Source: Pyrodictiaceae archaeon
GTDB taxonomy: Archaea > Thermoproteota > Thermoprotei_A > Sulfolobales > Pyrodictiaceae
Assembly (NCBI GenBank): GCA_027036135.1
Contig: JALVSY010000007.1
Span: 420,880-484,879, forward strand
Direction: 5' to 3'
Length of the DNA stretch: 64,000 nt
Shown here: positions 45,507 to 56,895 of the stretch, in pieces
Layout: every line of letters begins with the position of its first letter
Position numbering within the stretch: position 1 is the first letter of the stretch
The notes under the pieces: generated by a model
Database searches by the model: none
Told to the model about the DNA's origin: nothing
The model's input: only the letters and a program-made list of their open reading frames with translations
Translations under genes and position numbers: made by a program

Positions 45507-46211
45507 TTGGTGCTCATAAAGAAGTACTTTATAAGGAAAGCGATGCTCCAGACGATGATAGACGAGTACCTAGCTAAGCGCTTCTACAGAGCAGGGTACG
45601 CTGGCGTACAAATCATACAGTTCCCTCTAGGCACAAAGATATTCATTGATGCTGAGCGCCCAGCAATGATTATCGGGAGACGCGGCGAGACAATAAGGCA
45701 GCTAGCAGCTATATTCGAGCAACAATTCGGGCTACAAAACCCACAGATAACGGTTAGGAGAGTAGAAAACCCAGACCTCAATGCCCGGGTAGTCGCTTCT
45801 CGAATCGCGGTGCTACTCGAGCGTGGCGCCTACTTCCGAAGAGTAGCCCATGTCATGGCTAGGAGAGTAATGAATGCTGGCGCACTTGGAGTACAAATAC
45901 TAATCAGCGGTAAGCTACGCACAGAGCGTGCACGCTACGAGAAAGTAAGAGTAGGCAAAGTCTACTCAACAGGTCACCAAGTAGAACACATGGTTGATAG
46001 AGCAGTGATGCATGTTCTACTAAAGCCAGGCGTATTCGGTATAGAAGTGACGATAGTTAAGCCAGCGCGGCCCAGCGACTATGTGAGAATCAAGGAGCCC
46101 GAGGAGGTAAGAGAGGACATCGAGGAGATAAGGGCGGAGCTCGAGAAACTTAGAGCAGCTGAGGCCCAGAAACAAATAGCCGAGCAAGCAGGAGAAAATA
46201 AAGGAGAGTAA
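45507..46211 (+). CDS. rps3: 30S ribosomal protein uS3
   Basis: RPAMIIGRRG, ISGKLRTERAR. Confidence 0.98.
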   Translation: MVLIKKYFIRKAMLQTMIDEYLAKRFYRAGYAGVQIIQFPLGTKIFIDAERPAMIIGRRGETIRQLAAIFEQQFGLQNPQITVRRVENPDLNARVVASRIAVLLERGAYFRRVAHVMARRVMNAGALGVQILISGKLRTERARYEKVRVGKVYSTGHQVEHMVDRAVMHVLLKPGVFGIEVTIVKPARPSDYVRIKEPEEVREDIEEIRAELEKLRAAEAQKQIAEQAGENKGE

Positions 46212-46225
46212 GAGGTGCCTAGGCT

Positions 46226-46444
46226 ATGCCCAAGTTCGCGATACGTGTAGACGATATCCGCAAGATGAGCCCCGAAGAGAGGTTGAAGAAGCTCCAGGAG
46301 CTCAGAGAGGAACTCGTAAAGCTAAGACTTAAGGCAGCAATGGGTACCCTTGATAACCCAGGTGCTATAAGGGCTATACGGAAAACCATCGCTAGGATAC
46401 TCACTGTTATGAGGGAAGAGGAGCTAGCTAAGCAGCGAAAATAA
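46226..46444 (+). CDS. rpl29: 50S ribosomal protein uL29
   Basis: NPGAIRAIRKTIARILT. Confidence 0.97.
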   Translation: MPKFAIRVDDIRKMSPEERLKKLQELREELVKLRLKAAMGTLDNPGAIRAIRKTIARILTVMREEELAKQRK

Positions 46445-46478
46445 GCTCGCATGGCATTGTTTCTTAGGGCTGCCAAGC

Positions 46479-46835
46479 TTGCGCCGACAAGCATGGAACA
46501 TAACAATACATGTGCTCGTAGGCCTTGAAGCCAAGGTTCTGAATCACCCGGATCCCTCGCTCCGTGGCCTCCGGGGCCGAATTGTGCGAGAGACCAAGAA
46601 TACTCTAGTGCTTGAAACAAGTGATGGTTCTCTCAAGACAGTTCTGAAGCCAAACGCTCTTTTTCTCCTCCGCCTCCCTGGTGGTGAATGGGTGCTTGTG
46701 CGAGGAGAAAAAATACGGGGGTTGCAGCCCGACAGGCTTAGGAGGGTAGAAAGGCTTAGGGGGGTCAAGTGGCTTGTCCGTGAAAGTAAGAAGTATAGGT
46801 ATACCTGGGCTCAAGCCACCGGAGAAAACATGTAA
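46479..46835 (+). CDS. rnp1: RNase P protein component 1 (Rpp29)
   Basis: LVGLEAKV, GRIVRETKNTL, canonical position before rps17. Confidence 0.92.
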   Translation: MRRQAWNITIHVLVGLEAKVLNHPDPSLRGLRGRIVRETKNTLVLETSDGSLKTVLKPNALFLLRLPGGEWVLVRGEKIRGLQPDRLRRVERLRGVKWLVRESKKYRYTWAQATGENM

Positions 46836-47121
46836 TGATAAGAAGTGTCCCTGGCACGGTAACATAAGAGTCCGTGGACTCATACTCACTGGCGTCGTTG
46901 TCAAGGCGAAGATGAAGAACACTGTTGTCGTTGAGCGCGAATATCTCTACTACAACAAGAAGTATCGTAGGTACGAGAAGAGGAGGAGTCGCATACACGC
47001 ACATAATCCTCCATGCATTAATGCTAAGCCAGGCGACATAGTAGTAATAGGCGAGACAAGGCCCTTAGCGAAGACAGTTCACTTCGTCGTACTAGGAGTT
47101 GTTGGTAAGCAGGGAAGCTAA
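46774..47121 (+). CDS. rps17: 30S ribosomal protein uS17
   Basis: CNDKKCPWHG, IHAHNPPC, GETRPLAKT. Confidence 0.98.
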   Translation: MSVKVRSIGIPGLKPPEKTCNDKKCPWHGNIRVRGLILTGVVVKAKMKNTVVVEREYLYYNKKYRRYEKRRSRIHAHNPPCINAKPGDIVVIGETRPLAKTVHFVVLGVVGKQGS

Positions 47122-47194
47122 GGATCCCCGTGTCGCTACTTGTTTCTTCACCCGGTGCCCTGCCTGGTGTTGTTAGGGTTTCTTTTGTTTAGTC

Positions 47195-47202
47195 TTTAAA
47201 TA
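47195..47202 (+). promoter_or_regulatory. Internal TATA box upstream of rpl14
   Basis: TTTAAATA 45 nt before the start, preceded by T-rich tracts. Confidence 0.55.
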
Positions 47203-47246
47203 GGCCTAGGTGCTTCTCCACCGTCTTCCCGGGGCGTGAAGCCGCT

Positions 47247-47663
47247 ATGCCCAAGGGCTCTAAGGGAGCTTCGCCGCGAAGACACATTGCTGCAGGATTG
47301 CAAGTGGGTACTTACGTTACTGTAGCCGATAATAGTGGAGCAAAGGAGGCGATGATAATAGGTGTAATAGGGTACCGTGGTCGTCTTAGGAGGATACCGC
47401 CAGCTGCGGTTGGCGACATGGTAGTTGTCACAGTGAAGAAAGGCACGCCCGAGATGAGGAGACAAGTAGTTAGAGCAGTTGTTGTGAGACAGCGCCGCCC
47501 ATACCGCAGGCCAGATGGCACCTGGGTAGCTTTTGAGGACAACGCGGTAGTAATAGTGTCTCCCGATGGCACGCCAAAAGGGAGCGAGATTAGGGGCCCA
47601 GTTGCCAGAGAAGCGGCTGAGAGATGGCCAAAGGTAGCCAACATAGCAAGCATAATAATCTAG
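47247..47663 (+). CDS. rpl14: 50S ribosomal protein uL14
   Basis: [23 protein letters not shown]. Confidence 0.98.
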   Translation: MPKGSKGASPRRHIAAGLQVGTYVTVADNSGAKEAMIIGVIGYRGRLRRIPPAAVGDMVVVTVKKGTPEMRRQVVRAVVVRQRRPYRRPDGTWVAFEDNAVVIVSPDGTPKGSEIRGPVAREAAERWPKVANIASIII

Positions 47664-47682
47664 ACACGAGGGGTGTCGTGTT

Positions 47683-48114
47683 ATGAGATGGGTTAAGTCT
47701 TCCCAGCCACGAAAGCAGAGAAGAGCACTCTTCAACGCTCCTCTGCACAAGAGACAGAAGCTCATGTCTGCTCCGCTTAGCCCAGAGCTAAGAAAGCAAT
47801 ACGGTATACGCAACCTGCCAGTAAGGAAAGGCGACGAAGTAGTCATCATGAGAGGGAGCTTTAAGGGGCATAGAGGCAAGATTGTGAGAGTTGATCTGCG
47901 GAGAATGCGTATATACGTTGATGGCGCCACGGTAAAGAATGCGAGAGGCGAGCCAAGATACTATCCTATACACCCATCTAACGTGATGATAGTTAGCCTC
48001 AACCTTGATGACAAGGCTCGCCGCGAGATAATAGAGCGTAAGAAGAAGGGAAGAGAACTCCAACTAGCCCTCATGGGGAGGGGAACAAGTTCTTCAACCA
48101 CTGCAGGCAAGTAG
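47683..48114 (+). CDS. rpl24: 50S ribosomal protein uL24
   Basis: [19 protein letters not shown] motif, IHPSNV. Confidence 0.98.
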   Translation: MRWVKSSQPRKQRRALFNAPLHKRQKLMSAPLSPELRKQYGIRNLPVRKGDEVVIMRGSFKGHRGKIVRVDLRRMRIYVDGATVKNARGEPRYYPIHPSNVMIVSLNLDDKARREIIERKKKGRELQLALMGRGTSSSTTAGK

Positions 48115-48133
48115 CCCGGCGGGGTGGTAAGTA

Positions 48134-48904
48134 GTGGCAAGAATGGGTGGAAGAAGGCACCTAAAGACGCTTGCGGCTCCAAAGTTCTGGCCTGTTCGTC
48201 AAAGAGCAGGCGTATTTACTGTAAAGCCGTCGCCGGGACCGCATCCTATTGAGCGCTCTATCCCGTTACTAATACTTGTGCGAGACGTACTAGGCTATGC
48301 CAAGACTGGTAGAGAGGCTAGGAAACTCATAGCCGAAGGCCACTTCAAGGTAGATGGAAGAGTTAGGAGGAACTATAAGTACCCAGTTGGCTTCATGGAC
48401 GTGGTAGAGATAGTTGATACTGGCGAGGCCTATAGGGTACTCCCGTACCCTGTGAGGTTCTTCACGCTTCACCCAATAAGTAAGGAAGAGGCACGGTTCA
48501 AGCTCTGTCGCATAGAGGATAAATCAACAGTCAAGGGTGGGCACATACAACTACATCTCCATGACGGAAGGAATGTGCTCATACGAGTAGAGGATCCAAC
48601 AAACCCCGTGGAGGCTAAGGAGTACCGCACACTTGGTACAGTGAAGATAAGCATACCTGAGCAGGAACTCCTAGCATATACGCCTCTAGAGACAGGTAGC
48701 CTAGCAATAATCATAGGTGGAAGAAACGTTGGTAGAGTAGGGAGAATAGTTGATATTAGGAAAGCCTTTGGCAGGAAGAACAGCATAGTTACTATCGAGG
48801 ATGTTCGCGGCGAGAAGGTGCAGACAAACCTAGACTACATATTCGTCATTGCACCGCCTAACGAGGAGCCCTGGATAAGCCTGCCCGAGGGTGCATGGAA
48901 ATGA
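48134..48904 (+). CDS. rps4e: 30S ribosomal protein eS4
   Basis: [29 protein letters not shown]. Confidence 0.98.
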   Translation: MARMGGRRHLKTLAAPKFWPVRQRAGVFTVKPSPGPHPIERSIPLLILVRDVLGYAKTGREARKLIAEGHFKVDGRVRRNYKYPVGFMDVVEIVDTGEAYRVLPYPVRFFTLHPISKEEARFKLCRIEDKSTVKGGHIQLHLHDGRNVLIRVEDPTNPVEAKEYRTLGTVKISIPEQELLAYTPLETGSLAIIIGGRNVGRVGRIVDIRKAFGRKNSIVTIEDVRGEKVQTNLDYIFVIAPPNEEPWISLPEGAWK

Positions 48905-49500
48905 GCCTGGTAATGGAAGCTGCTCAGCCAGCGCAGCCTCTACCCCTCTCTCCAGAGCAAGTAGAGGAGATTAAGAAGCGCTGGGAATCAAACCCTATGC
49001 TAAAGCCAAGGATAGTAAAGGTTACAGTGAACATAAGCGTGGGAGAGTCCGGTGAGAGGCTCCAGAAAGCTGCTCGTGTACTAGAGATGCTGACTGGGCA
49101 GAAGCCCTCGGTTAGGAGAGCTAAGAGAACAATTAGGGACTTCGGGATAAGGAAGGGAGAACCCATAGCCGTTATGGTGACGCTTCGCAGAGAGAAAGCA
49201 ATCGAGTTCCTAAAGAAAGCATTCCACGCCATGGGGTATAAGCTTAAGGCCAGCCAGTTCGACGAGTTCGGGAACGTATCCTTCGGCATAAAGGAGCATA
49301 CACTGCTACCCGGTGTACGTTACGACCCAGAGCTAGGAGTCTTCGGGATGGATGTTGCGATAACTATTGAGAGGCCAGGCTACCGAGTAGCAAGGCGTCG
49401 CCGGGCTCGGAGACCAATACCGCGGAGACATAGAGTCACAAAGGAGGAGTCAATGGTTCTTCTCAATGAGTTATTCGGAGTAGTCATAGAACCAAAATAA
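48901..49500 (+). CDS. rpl5: 50S ribosomal protein uL5
   Basis: [36 protein letters not shown] overlap with rps4e. Confidence 0.98.
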   Translation: MSLVMEAAQPAQPLPLSPEQVEEIKKRWESNPMLKPRIVKVTVNISVGESGERLQKAARVLEMLTGQKPSVRRAKRTIRDFGIRKGEPIAVMVTLRREKAIEFLKKAFHAMGYKLKASQFDEFGNVSFGIKEHTLLPGVRYDPELGVFGMDVAITIERPGYRVARRRRARRPIPRRHRVTKEESMVLLNELFGVVIEPK

Positions 49501-49541
49501 ACCTCGGCTAACACTGCGTAGTGAGCGGGGGTGCCTCTAGA

Positions 49542-49706
49542 ATGGGGAAGTATAGGCCGCCAAAAATCGTCAAGTATGGGAAAGGCGCATATAAGTGCCA
49601 GAGATGCGGAAGCAGGGACGCAGTTATACATAAGTACGGGCTAATGCTCTGCCGCCAGTGCTTCCGCGAGCTCGCAGTAAGCCTAGGCTTCCGCAAATAC
49701 AACTAA
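49542..49706 (+). CDS. rps14: 30S ribosomal protein uS14
   Basis: CQRCG, LCRQCFRE, GFRKY. Confidence 0.97.
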   Translation: MGKYRPPKIVKYGKGAYKCQRCGSRDAVIHKYGLMLCRQCFRELAVSLGFRKYN

Positions 49707-49727
49707 CACGTATTAGGTGAGCTTTGC

Positions 49728-50129
49728 ATGGTAATGCTCGATACTCTTGCAAACGCTATGGCCGCGATAGTTAATGCAGAGGCACGTGCAAAGCCAGAAG
49801 TAGTGATAATGCCGGCATCCAAGCTAATAATTAATGTACTGAAAGTGATGCAGAGAGAGGGCTACATAGGCGAGTTCGAGTACATAGACGATGGTAGATG
49901 GGGAAAGATAAGAGTACAACTCCTCGGTAGGATTAATAAGGCCGGCGTCATAAAGCCTAGATTCCCGGTAAAGTATAAGGATCTACTAAGAATGCCTGAC
50001 TGGATGAGAAAATACCTGCCAAGCAGGGACATAGGAATACTGATAATATCTACAAGCCAAGGCGTAATGTCGCACAGGGAGGCAATAGAGAAGCACATAG
50101 GCGGAGTATTGCTAGCCTACGTGTACTAA
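49728..50129 (+). CDS. rps8: 30S ribosomal protein uS8
   Basis: [31 protein letters not shown]. Confidence 0.98.
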   Translation: MVMLDTLANAMAAIVNAEARAKPEVVIMPASKLIINVLKVMQREGYIGEFEYIDDGRWGKIRVQLLGRINKAGVIKPRFPVKYKDLLRMPDWMRKYLPSRDIGILIISTSQGVMSHREAIEKHIGGVLLAYVY

Positions 50130-50192
50130 TCACTGCTACTCCTATTTTTCGTCAACAATGCATGTTATATACGAGAGCGGGGGTGCGGTTTT

Positions 50193-50753
50193 ATGCCCAA
50201 ACTCGTCCACGTAGCTGAGGAGGTAAGGATACCAGAAGGAGTAGAGATTAGCATTGATGGTATGAAGGTGAGGGTTAAGGGTCCCAAGGGCGAGCTAGAG
50301 AGGGACTTCTCACATGTTCGGGGGGTCGTAATCAGGCTTGATGAGGATGAGGAAGGTAAGAAAGTGGTTGTTGAAGCTTACTTTGCTAATCGTAGGCTCA
50401 AGGCCCTTGTTGGTACTATAGCTTCGCACATAGATAACATGATTACCGGGGTAACTAAGGGCTTCAGGTACAAGCTCAAGATAGTCTACTCGCACTTTCC
50501 CGTAACAGTAAAGGTACAGGACGACAAGGTGGTTATCGAGAACTTCCTCGGCGAGAAAGCACCTAGAATCGCTAAAATAATGCCTGGTGTAAAGGTAAAG
50601 GTTCAGAAGGATGATGTGATAGTTGAGGGCATCGATATAGAGGCTGTAGGCCAGACAGCTGCTAACATAGAGCAGGCTACTAAGGTAAAGGGTTTTGATA
50701 GGAGGGTATTCGTAGACGGGATATACATCTATGAAAAGGGGGTGGCTGAGTAA
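50193..50753 (+). CDS. rpl6: 50S ribosomal protein uL6
   Basis: [29 protein letters not shown]. Confidence 0.98.
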   Translation: MPKLVHVAEEVRIPEGVEISIDGMKVRVKGPKGELERDFSHVRGVVIRLDEDEEGKKVVVEAYFANRRLKALVGTIASHIDNMITGVTKGFRYKLKIVYSHFPVTVKVQDDKVVIENFLGEKAPRIAKIMPGVKVKVQKDDVIVEGIDIEAVGQTAANIEQATKVKGFDRRVFVDGIYIYEKGVAE

Positions 50754-51148
50754 TGAGTAATGTAACGGAGCGTGAGTTTGAACGCTTGCTGCGTGTACGG
50801 GCCCGGCAGAAAGCGAGGAAACCAGAGTTCCTGCGCACCCTGTGGTGGAAGTTCCCAAAGTTCAAGAACGATCCCAAGTGGAAGAAGCCAAAGGGCATTG
50901 ATAATCCTATGAGGCTCCGGCTAAAGGGTAGGCCACCAGTAGTCGATGTAGGGTACCGTTCACCAGCAGCTGTTAGGGGGCTACATCCCACGGGACTGGA
51001 GCCAGTAACTGTCGCTAGTGCGAGAGAGCTAGAGAAGCTTGACCCAGCAAAGCACATAATCTATATAGCGTCAAGTGTTAGTCTCCGGAAGAGGCTCGAG
51101 TTAGTAAAAATAGCTAGGTCTAAAGGTTTCCGCGTAGCCAATGCATAA
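50753..51148 (+). CDS. rpl32e: 50S ribosomal protein eL32
   Basis: WKKPKGIDN, GYRSP, RGLHPTG. Confidence 0.97.
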   Translation: MSNVTEREFERLLRVRARQKARKPEFLRTLWWKFPKFKNDPKWKKPKGIDNPMRLRLKGRPPVVDVGYRSPAAVRGLHPTGLEPVTVASARELEKLDPAKHIIYIASSVSLRKRLELVKIARSKGFRVANA

Positions 51149-51173
51149 ACAACGTGGTGGAAGGTGGATAGTC

Positions 51174-51638
51174 ATGGCACAGAACCTATCGCTCCAAAAG
51201 AGGCTCGCAGCAGAGCTTCTGGGCGTGGGCGAGTCCAGGATATGGATCGATCCAGCAGCCCTAGAGGATGTAGCCAACGCGATAACCCGCGAGGAGATAA
51301 GGAGGCTGATAAAGGAGGGAGTTATACAAGTAAAGCCAGTTCGCAAGCCATCACGTGGCCGTTGGCGCGAAAAGCACGAGGCCAGGAAGAAGGGTCGTAG
51401 ACGTGGACCCGGCAGGCGCAAGGGCGACGCGTCAGCTCGCCGTGACCCCAAGGAGGAGTGGATGCAGCGAATAAGGAAGATAAGGAGATATCTTCGCTAC
51501 CTAAGAGACCATGGAGTAATTGATAGGAGGACTTATCGACAGCTATACATGTGGGCAAAGGGTGGCATGTTTCCGACATTTGCGTCTCTGCAGAGATGGC
51601 TAAGAGAGCATGGATACCCTACATCAGTGAAGAAGTAG
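51174..51638 (+). CDS. rpl19e: 50S ribosomal protein eL19
   Basis: LQKRLAAELLGVG, GRRRGPGRRKG, AKGGMF. Confidence 0.98.
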   Translation: MAQNLSLQKRLAAELLGVGESRIWIDPAALEDVANAITREEIRRLIKEGVIQVKPVRKPSRGRWREKHEARKKGRRRGPGRRKGDASARRDPKEEWMQRIRKIRRYLRYLRDHGVIDRRTYRQLYMWAKGGMFPTFASLQRWLREHGYPTSVKK

Positions 51639-51770
51639 CTCTATCCAATCGGCCTCAATAGTATTTTCCTGCCAATTTCGTGATACAAACCAGCTGCTCC
51701 TCTATGATGCTTGTTACTTGGTGCTCCTTTTCCTAGAGGGGTTGTTGTATACTGCTTTCTTCATCACAGT

Positions 51771-51778
51771 TTTATAAC
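51771..51778 (+). promoter_or_regulatory. Probable TATA box upstream of rpl18
   Basis: TTTATAAC in a 210-bp intergenic gap. Confidence 0.45.
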
Positions 51779-51848
51779 TAGTAGCTTATTAGAGGGCTCT
51801 GGGTGCCCTTGCATCGGGGTTGCAGAAGCCCGGTAGCGGTGGCGCAGC

Positions 51849-52481
51849 ATGGCTCATGGTCCGCGGTATAAGGTTCCGCGTCGGCGGCGAAGAGAGGGTA
51901 AAACAAACTACTATAAGCGCTATGTCATGGTTCTCTCTGGTAAGCCTAGGCTAGTAGTGAGAAAGACTAACAAGTACATCTGGGTTCAAGTTATTAAGGC
52001 CAAACCTGAGGGCGACGTAACGGTAGCAGCAGCACATAGCCGGGAGCTAGTAAAGAAGTACGGATGGCTAGGCGGTACAAAGAACACGTCGGCGGCGTAC
52101 CTGACTGGTTTGCTAGCTGCTCTCCGCGCCCTCAAGGCCGGGGTAAACTACGCGGTTCTCGACATAGGTCTTCACCGTCCAGTAAAGGGTGCGAGGGTCT
52201 TCGCTGCCCTCAAGGGCGCGCTTGACGCTGGCCTCGAGGTTCCATATAGCGAGGAGATACTCCCAGATGAGTCGAGGATAAGGGGAGAGCATATTGCTAA
52301 GTATGCTGCGCTACTTGCACAGGAGAACCCCGAGCTATACGAGCGGCGCTTCAGCCTCTACCTGAAGCGGGGCTTGCAGCCCGAGAAGCTACCAGAGCAT
52401 TTCGAGGAGGTTAAGAATAAAATACTAGAAGAGTACCGTGATGTTCTAGAAAGGGTTAAGGCAGAGGAGGCGGTGCAGTAA
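51849..52481 (+). CDS. rpl18: 50S ribosomal protein uL18
   Basis: [24 protein letters not shown]. Confidence 0.98.
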   Translation: MAHGPRYKVPRRRRREGKTNYYKRYVMVLSGKPRLVVRKTNKYIWVQVIKAKPEGDVTVAAAHSRELVKKYGWLGGTKNTSAAYLTGLLAALRALKAGVNYAVLDIGLHRPVKGARVFAALKGALDAGLEVPYSEEILPDESRIRGEHIAKYAALLAQENPELYERRFSLYLKRGLQPEKLPEHFEEVKNKILEEYRDVLERVKAEEAVQ

Positions 52482-53131
52482 TGAGCTTGTCGCCATACGA
52501 GCTAGAGCAGGAGTGGAAACCTAAGACCTATGTTGGTAGACTGGTAAAGGAGGGACGTATCAAGAGCCTAGCAGAGATATTCGAGCACAACCTACCAATA
52601 CTAGAACCGGAGATAGTTGATTACCTCATAGGTCCCGAGCTCAAGACAGAGACAGTTGACGTAGCATTGGTCCAGAAGATGACGGACGCTGGCCGCATCA
52701 ATAGGTTCAGAGTCGTGGTGGTAATTGGTAACGAGAACGGCTTTGTGGGCGTTGGCCAGGGCAAGGCTAGGCAGATAAGGGTAGCGATAGACAAGGCGGT
52801 TAGGAATGCTAAGCTAAACATCATACCCGTTAGGAGAGGCTGTGGTAGCTGGGAGTGTCTTTGTGACCAGCCACACAGCGTGCCATTCACTGTGCGTGGG
52901 AAGAGTGGTAGCGTAGAGGTAGTATTGAAGCCGGCGCCGAGAGGCACCGGGCTCGTGGCAGGAAACGCGGCCAAGGTTGTTCTAAGACTAGCCGGGATAC
53001 AGGATGTGTGGACATTCACAAAGGGTGACACGAGAACAACCATAAACTTCGTAAAAGCAACCCATAATGCCCTGAGACAGACCTATAAGTTCGTAACCCC
53101 GATCGACTGGGTAAAAGCAACTCAGGCCTAA
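52481..53131 (+). CDS. rps5: 30S ribosomal protein uS5
   Basis: [27 protein letters not shown]. Confidence 0.98.
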   Translation: MSLSPYELEQEWKPKTYVGRLVKEGRIKSLAEIFEHNLPILEPEIVDYLIGPELKTETVDVALVQKMTDAGRINRFRVVVVIGNENGFVGVGQGKARQIRVAIDKAVRNAKLNIIPVRRGCGSWECLCDQPHSVPFTVRGKSGSVEVVLKPAPRGTGLVAGNAAKVVLRLAGIQDVWTFTKGDTRTTINFVKATHNALRQTYKFVTPIDWVKATQA

Positions 53132-53235
53132 GGGGTAGCACAGCCTTACGATTACTCGCTTTTAATTAATCACCCCGTCGACAAGTCTCTTCCCTAGCTT
53201 GACTCGTATTGGTTTAGCTATGCAAGGTGGTATAG

Positions 53236-53781
53236 TTGAGCACTGTGGCCGCGGAGAAAGAAGCGGGAAAGACTGAGCAGAAGCAAGTAAAGCTCTACGC
53301 TATTATAAGGATAAGGGGACGAGTAGACGTAAGACCAGAGGTACGCTATACTCTGTCACTCCTAAGGCTTCATAAGAAATACCATCTCGTACTATACCCC
53401 TCAACAACGCCAGGTCTAGAGGGAATGCTCAGGAAGGTAAGAGACTGGGTAACCTGGGGCGAGATCGACAGAGAAACACTCATGCAGCTGCTACGCAGCC
53501 GCGGCAGAACCCCAGGGAATAAGCCCCTAACAGACGAGTACGTCAGGGAAAAACTTGGGCTATCCGGTATAGAGGAGCTAGCAGACAAGCTACTAAAAGG
53601 AGAGATAATGCTACACAAGCTCTACGACAAGAACAAGAAAATCTGGATAATAAAGCCGGTATTCCGGCTACACCCGCCACGAGGAGGATTCCGGGGCAGC
53701 ATAAAGAAGCACTACGGCGCTGGCGGCGAGCTAGGATACCGAGGCCCAGCCATAAATGAGCTTATTAAGAGAATGCTCTAG
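53236..53781 (+). CDS. rpl30: 50S ribosomal protein uL30
   Basis: [22 protein letters not shown]. Confidence 0.97.
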   Translation: MSTVAAEKEAGKTEQKQVKLYAIIRIRGRVDVRPEVRYTLSLLRLHKKYHLVLYPSTTPGLEGMLRKVRDWVTWGEIDRETLMQLLRSRGRTPGNKPLTDEYVREKLGLSGIEELADKLLKGEIMLHKLYDKNKKIWIIKPVFRLHPPRGGFRGSIKKHYGAGGELGYRGPAINELIKRML

Positions 53782-53821
53782 CCTCATTCACCGCGGAGAG
53801 ACGAGCCCAGGTGAATGAGCA

Positions 53822-54280
53822 ATGGTTGTCCGTCGCAGAAAGAAGAGCCGTAAACTAAGAGGACGAACCAGGACCATGGGCTGGGGCCGCATAGGGCAGC
53901 ACCGTGGAAGCGGTAGCAGAGGAGGCTTTGGAGCAGCTGGCATGCACAAGCACATGTGGACATGGGTAGTAAAATACGCGCCCACCTGGTTCGGCAAGCA
54001 CGGCTTCAACAAGCCGCTAAAATACGAGGTCAAAGCCAGCCAGATCAATGTAGGCGAACTAGCAGAGCTAATCGACAAGCTAACGGCAGAGGGTAAGCTA
54101 GCAGAAGAGAACGGAAAGATAATAGTAGTAAACCTAGCCGAGATGGGCTACTACAAGCTACTAGGACGAGGCAAGATAAACAAGGCGGTCAAGGTAATAG
54201 TGCCTGAGGCAACAGAGCTAGCAGTCAAGAAGATAGAGGAAGCTGGCGGCGAAGTAGTACTACTTACAAAGCAAGAATAG
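53822..54280 (+). CDS. rpl15: 50S ribosomal protein uL15
   Basis: GQHRGSGSRGG, FGKHGF, KLLGRG, KIEEAGG. Confidence 0.98.
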   Translation: MVVRRRKKSRKLRGRTRTMGWGRIGQHRGSGSRGGFGAAGMHKHMWTWVVKYAPTWFGKHGFNKPLKYEVKASQINVGELAELIDKLTAEGKLAEENGKIIVVNLAEMGYYKLLGRGKINKAVKVIVPEATELAVKKIEEAGGEVVLLTKQE

Positions 54281-54670
54281 CTCTTTTCTTGTGTATGTTC
54301 TTGTTCTGCATGATTTTGTGAAATCGGCTTACTTATGGTTATATTATTTGATTTACATTTATGTGTTACGTATTGCTATACTTAGTAAATGGTATTTGGG
54401 TATTCGCATCTCTTATAAGTATCTTAGCTATCATGCGTAAATATACAGGACGGAGGTAATAGGAAGATTACGTTGCTGTAATAATTGATTAGGTAGCCTT
54501 AGGGTTAGAGCGTAACTTATTGGACTTGTTTTTAGATACTTAACTATGACTCAAAAGATGCTGGCTTATCCTTGTCTAAAACTTTACTTCACCGGTGCGC
54601 TAGGCTTAAAGAACTAGGCGCTCAAGGTATTAAAGCCGCGGCTCAATAGTGGGGCGTGGGGCGGCTAGTA

Positions 54671-56047
54671 TTGCCAGGTGTCCTTGAGGCTCTTGCCGAG
54701 ATATCGAAGTATATTCCGACGGTTAAGAAGGCTGCTAGGCCTCCATCGCTTCCCACGAGGCTTATGTGGACAGGTATAGTCATCTTACTCTACCTCATAA
54801 TGACCGAGATCCCCCTCGTGGGGGTCAAGATAACGGGTACAGCTACAGCGGCTACGCTGACCTATATGTTGCTGGGCATGAACCTGGGCACATTGATGAC
54901 CCTGGGTATAGGCCCGATAGTGACTGCCGGTATAGTGCTCGAGGTATTGGTTGGCGGAGGTCTAATAGAGATGGATCTAACGAAGCCCCGTGATAGAAAG
55001 ATATTCATGGGCGCCCAGCGTACACTAGCAATACTCTTCGCGATACTAGAGGCAGCTGCCTATGCATTTGGTTGTCGCTTCTGGAGAGTACCTGGTGCAA
55101 CACTAGGTACCTGCCCAGTAGGCCTCGGTGTAAAACTATTAGTTATACTACAGCTAACCATAGCGACACTCATACTTATGTGGTTCGACGAACTAGTCCG
55201 CAATGGCTGGGGCATTGGCTCAGCGCTTAGCATGTTCATAGTCGCTAACGTCGTCAAGGGCATGTTCTGGCAACTAGCGGGCACGGTGAAGTACCGTGGG
55301 CAATACTATGGGTGGTTGACGCAAGTAATTATGCAGCATGACCCAGCTGTCCTTAGACTTGGCTTACCGGATATGGTTGGGTTCCTCGCAACCATAGCTA
55401 TAATCATGTTGCTGGCCTACTTCCAGCTAATGAGGGTATATATACCGGTCACTAGCCCGAGATATGGCAGCATTAAGACAAGGATACCGCTTAACTTCAT
55501 CTACGTGACTAACATACCTATACTATTCGTGGCTATAACGGTATCTGACTTACAGATACTAGCCAATGTAATGGCTAGTATCACTGGCCCTAACAGCTTC
55601 TGGACAAAAGCAGTAGCATACATGTATGCCTATATGAGGCCCCCCAGAGGCGTACTAGAGTCAATACATTATCCGTTGCACTTCCTAACATTTACGGTAT
55701 CGTGGCTGGCCCTAGGCCTCCTCTTCGGCTTCATCTGGGTCGAGGTAGCAGGGCTAAGCCCACGCCAACAAGCAGAGAACATTATCAAGTCGGGTATGGA
55801 GCTACCAGGTATAAGGAGGAACATAAAGCTCCTAGAGAGGATACTAGCCCGCTACATCTACCCATTGACGGTTATAAGCTCGCTACTAGTAACCGGGATA
55901 GCTATACTAGCAGACTTCTTCGGAGCTTATGGAAGCGGCTCGGGCTTAGTACTGCTAGTGGGCATAATCTATAGCTTCTACGAGGCACTGGTATATGAGA
56001 GAACACTGGAGATGTACCCAGCGCTACAGAGAATACTCGGTCGCTAA
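54671..56047 (+). CDS. secY: Preprotein translocase subunit SecY
   Basis: LMTLGIGPIVTAGI, GWGIGS, YVTNIPIL, GSGLVLLV, about 10 TMs. Confidence 0.97.
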   Translation: MPGVLEALAEISKYIPTVKKAARPPSLPTRLMWTGIVILLYLIMTEIPLVGVKITGTATAATLTYMLLGMNLGTLMTLGIGPIVTAGIVLEVLVGGGLIEMDLTKPRDRKIFMGAQRTLAILFAILEAAAYAFGCRFWRVPGATLGTCPVGLGVKLLVILQLTIATLILMWFDELVRNGWGIGSALSMFIVANVVKGMFWQLAGTVKYRGQYYGWLTQVIMQHDPAVLRLGLPDMVGFLATIAIIMLLAYFQLMRVYIPVTSPRYGSIKTRIPLNFIYVTNIPILFVAITVSDLQILANVMASITGPNSFWTKAVAYMYAYMRPPRGVLESIHYPLHFLTFTVSWLALGLLFGFIWVEVAGLSPRQQAENIIKSGMELPGIRRNIKLLERILARYIYPLTVISSLLVTGIAILADFFGAYGSGSGLVLLVGIIYSFYEALVYERTLEMYPALQRILGR

Positions 56048-56266
56048 CCTCTCTTCTCCGCTGCTCTTTCAGCGAAACCCCCATGTACTTAGATATAATT
56101 CTTCGTTTCAATTCAATTAGGTATAGAGGGCTATTAGTGCCGATGCATAGGGGTGGTGGATAAGCACTAGCTAAACTACTTATGCTGGGTCTGCATCAGC
56201 CTAGGACACGGGTTTGCCCCGGGACTAGCCGAAGAGATTGGAGTCACGGAGAAGAGGGATTAGGGG

Positions 56267-56884
56267 ATGGTGCTCCGAAACCCCTTCACGACAATAATCG
56301 TTACCGGTGTACCTGGTGTGGGCAAGACTACGGTTCTTACGCAGGTAAGGAGTATACTGGATTCTAAGGGCAAGAAGTACATGGTGGTTAACTTCGGTGA
56401 CTATATGTTCAAGGTTGCTTCTAGTAAGGGTTGGGTGAAGCACCGGGACGAGATGAGACACCTACATCTAATGAAGCAATTAGAATTACAAGAATATGCT
56501 GCTGAGGCGATAAGGCTTGACGCCGAGAAGGTACTAGGCGAAGGAGACATACTCTTTGTAGACACGCATGCTGTCATACGTACGGATACTGGTTATTGGC
56601 CTGGGCTTCCCGAAGAGGTAGTAAAGAATCTCCGGCCAGACTCGATAGTAGTGATAGAGTCTCCGCCAGAGGTCATCGTTGATAGGCAGAAGAGGGATCC
56701 AACAAGGTACCGAGCCGACCTAGCCAAGATAGAGGTAGTGAAGGAGCTCCTAGACATGGCTCGGCTAGCAGCGATGTCTAGCGCCGTGCTTGTCGCGGCA
56801 AGCGTCTATATAGTTGAGAACGTTGAGGGAGACCCGAGTATAGCTGCTAATAAGATTGCTGAGCTCGCGGAGAAGCTTCGCTGA
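56267..56884 (+). CDS. adkA: Adenylate kinase (archaeal type)
   Basis: GVPGVGKTT, NFGDYM, DTHA, GYWPGLP. Confidence 0.96.
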   Translation: MVLRNPFTTIIVTGVPGVGKTTVLTQVRSILDSKGKKYMVVNFGDYMFKVASSKGWVKHRDEMRHLHLMKQLELQEYAAEAIRLDAEKVLGEGDILFVDTHAVIRTDTGYWPGLPEEVVKNLRPDSIVVIESPPEVIVDRQKRDPTRYRADLAKIEVVKELLDMARLAAMSSAVLVAASVYIVENVEGDPSIAANKIAELAEKLR

Positions 56885-56895
56885 GGAAACTAGGC

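Noticed and set aside
51700-51770. Perfect C box GTGATGA on the minus strand
   Set aside because: No D' or D box at a suitable distance.
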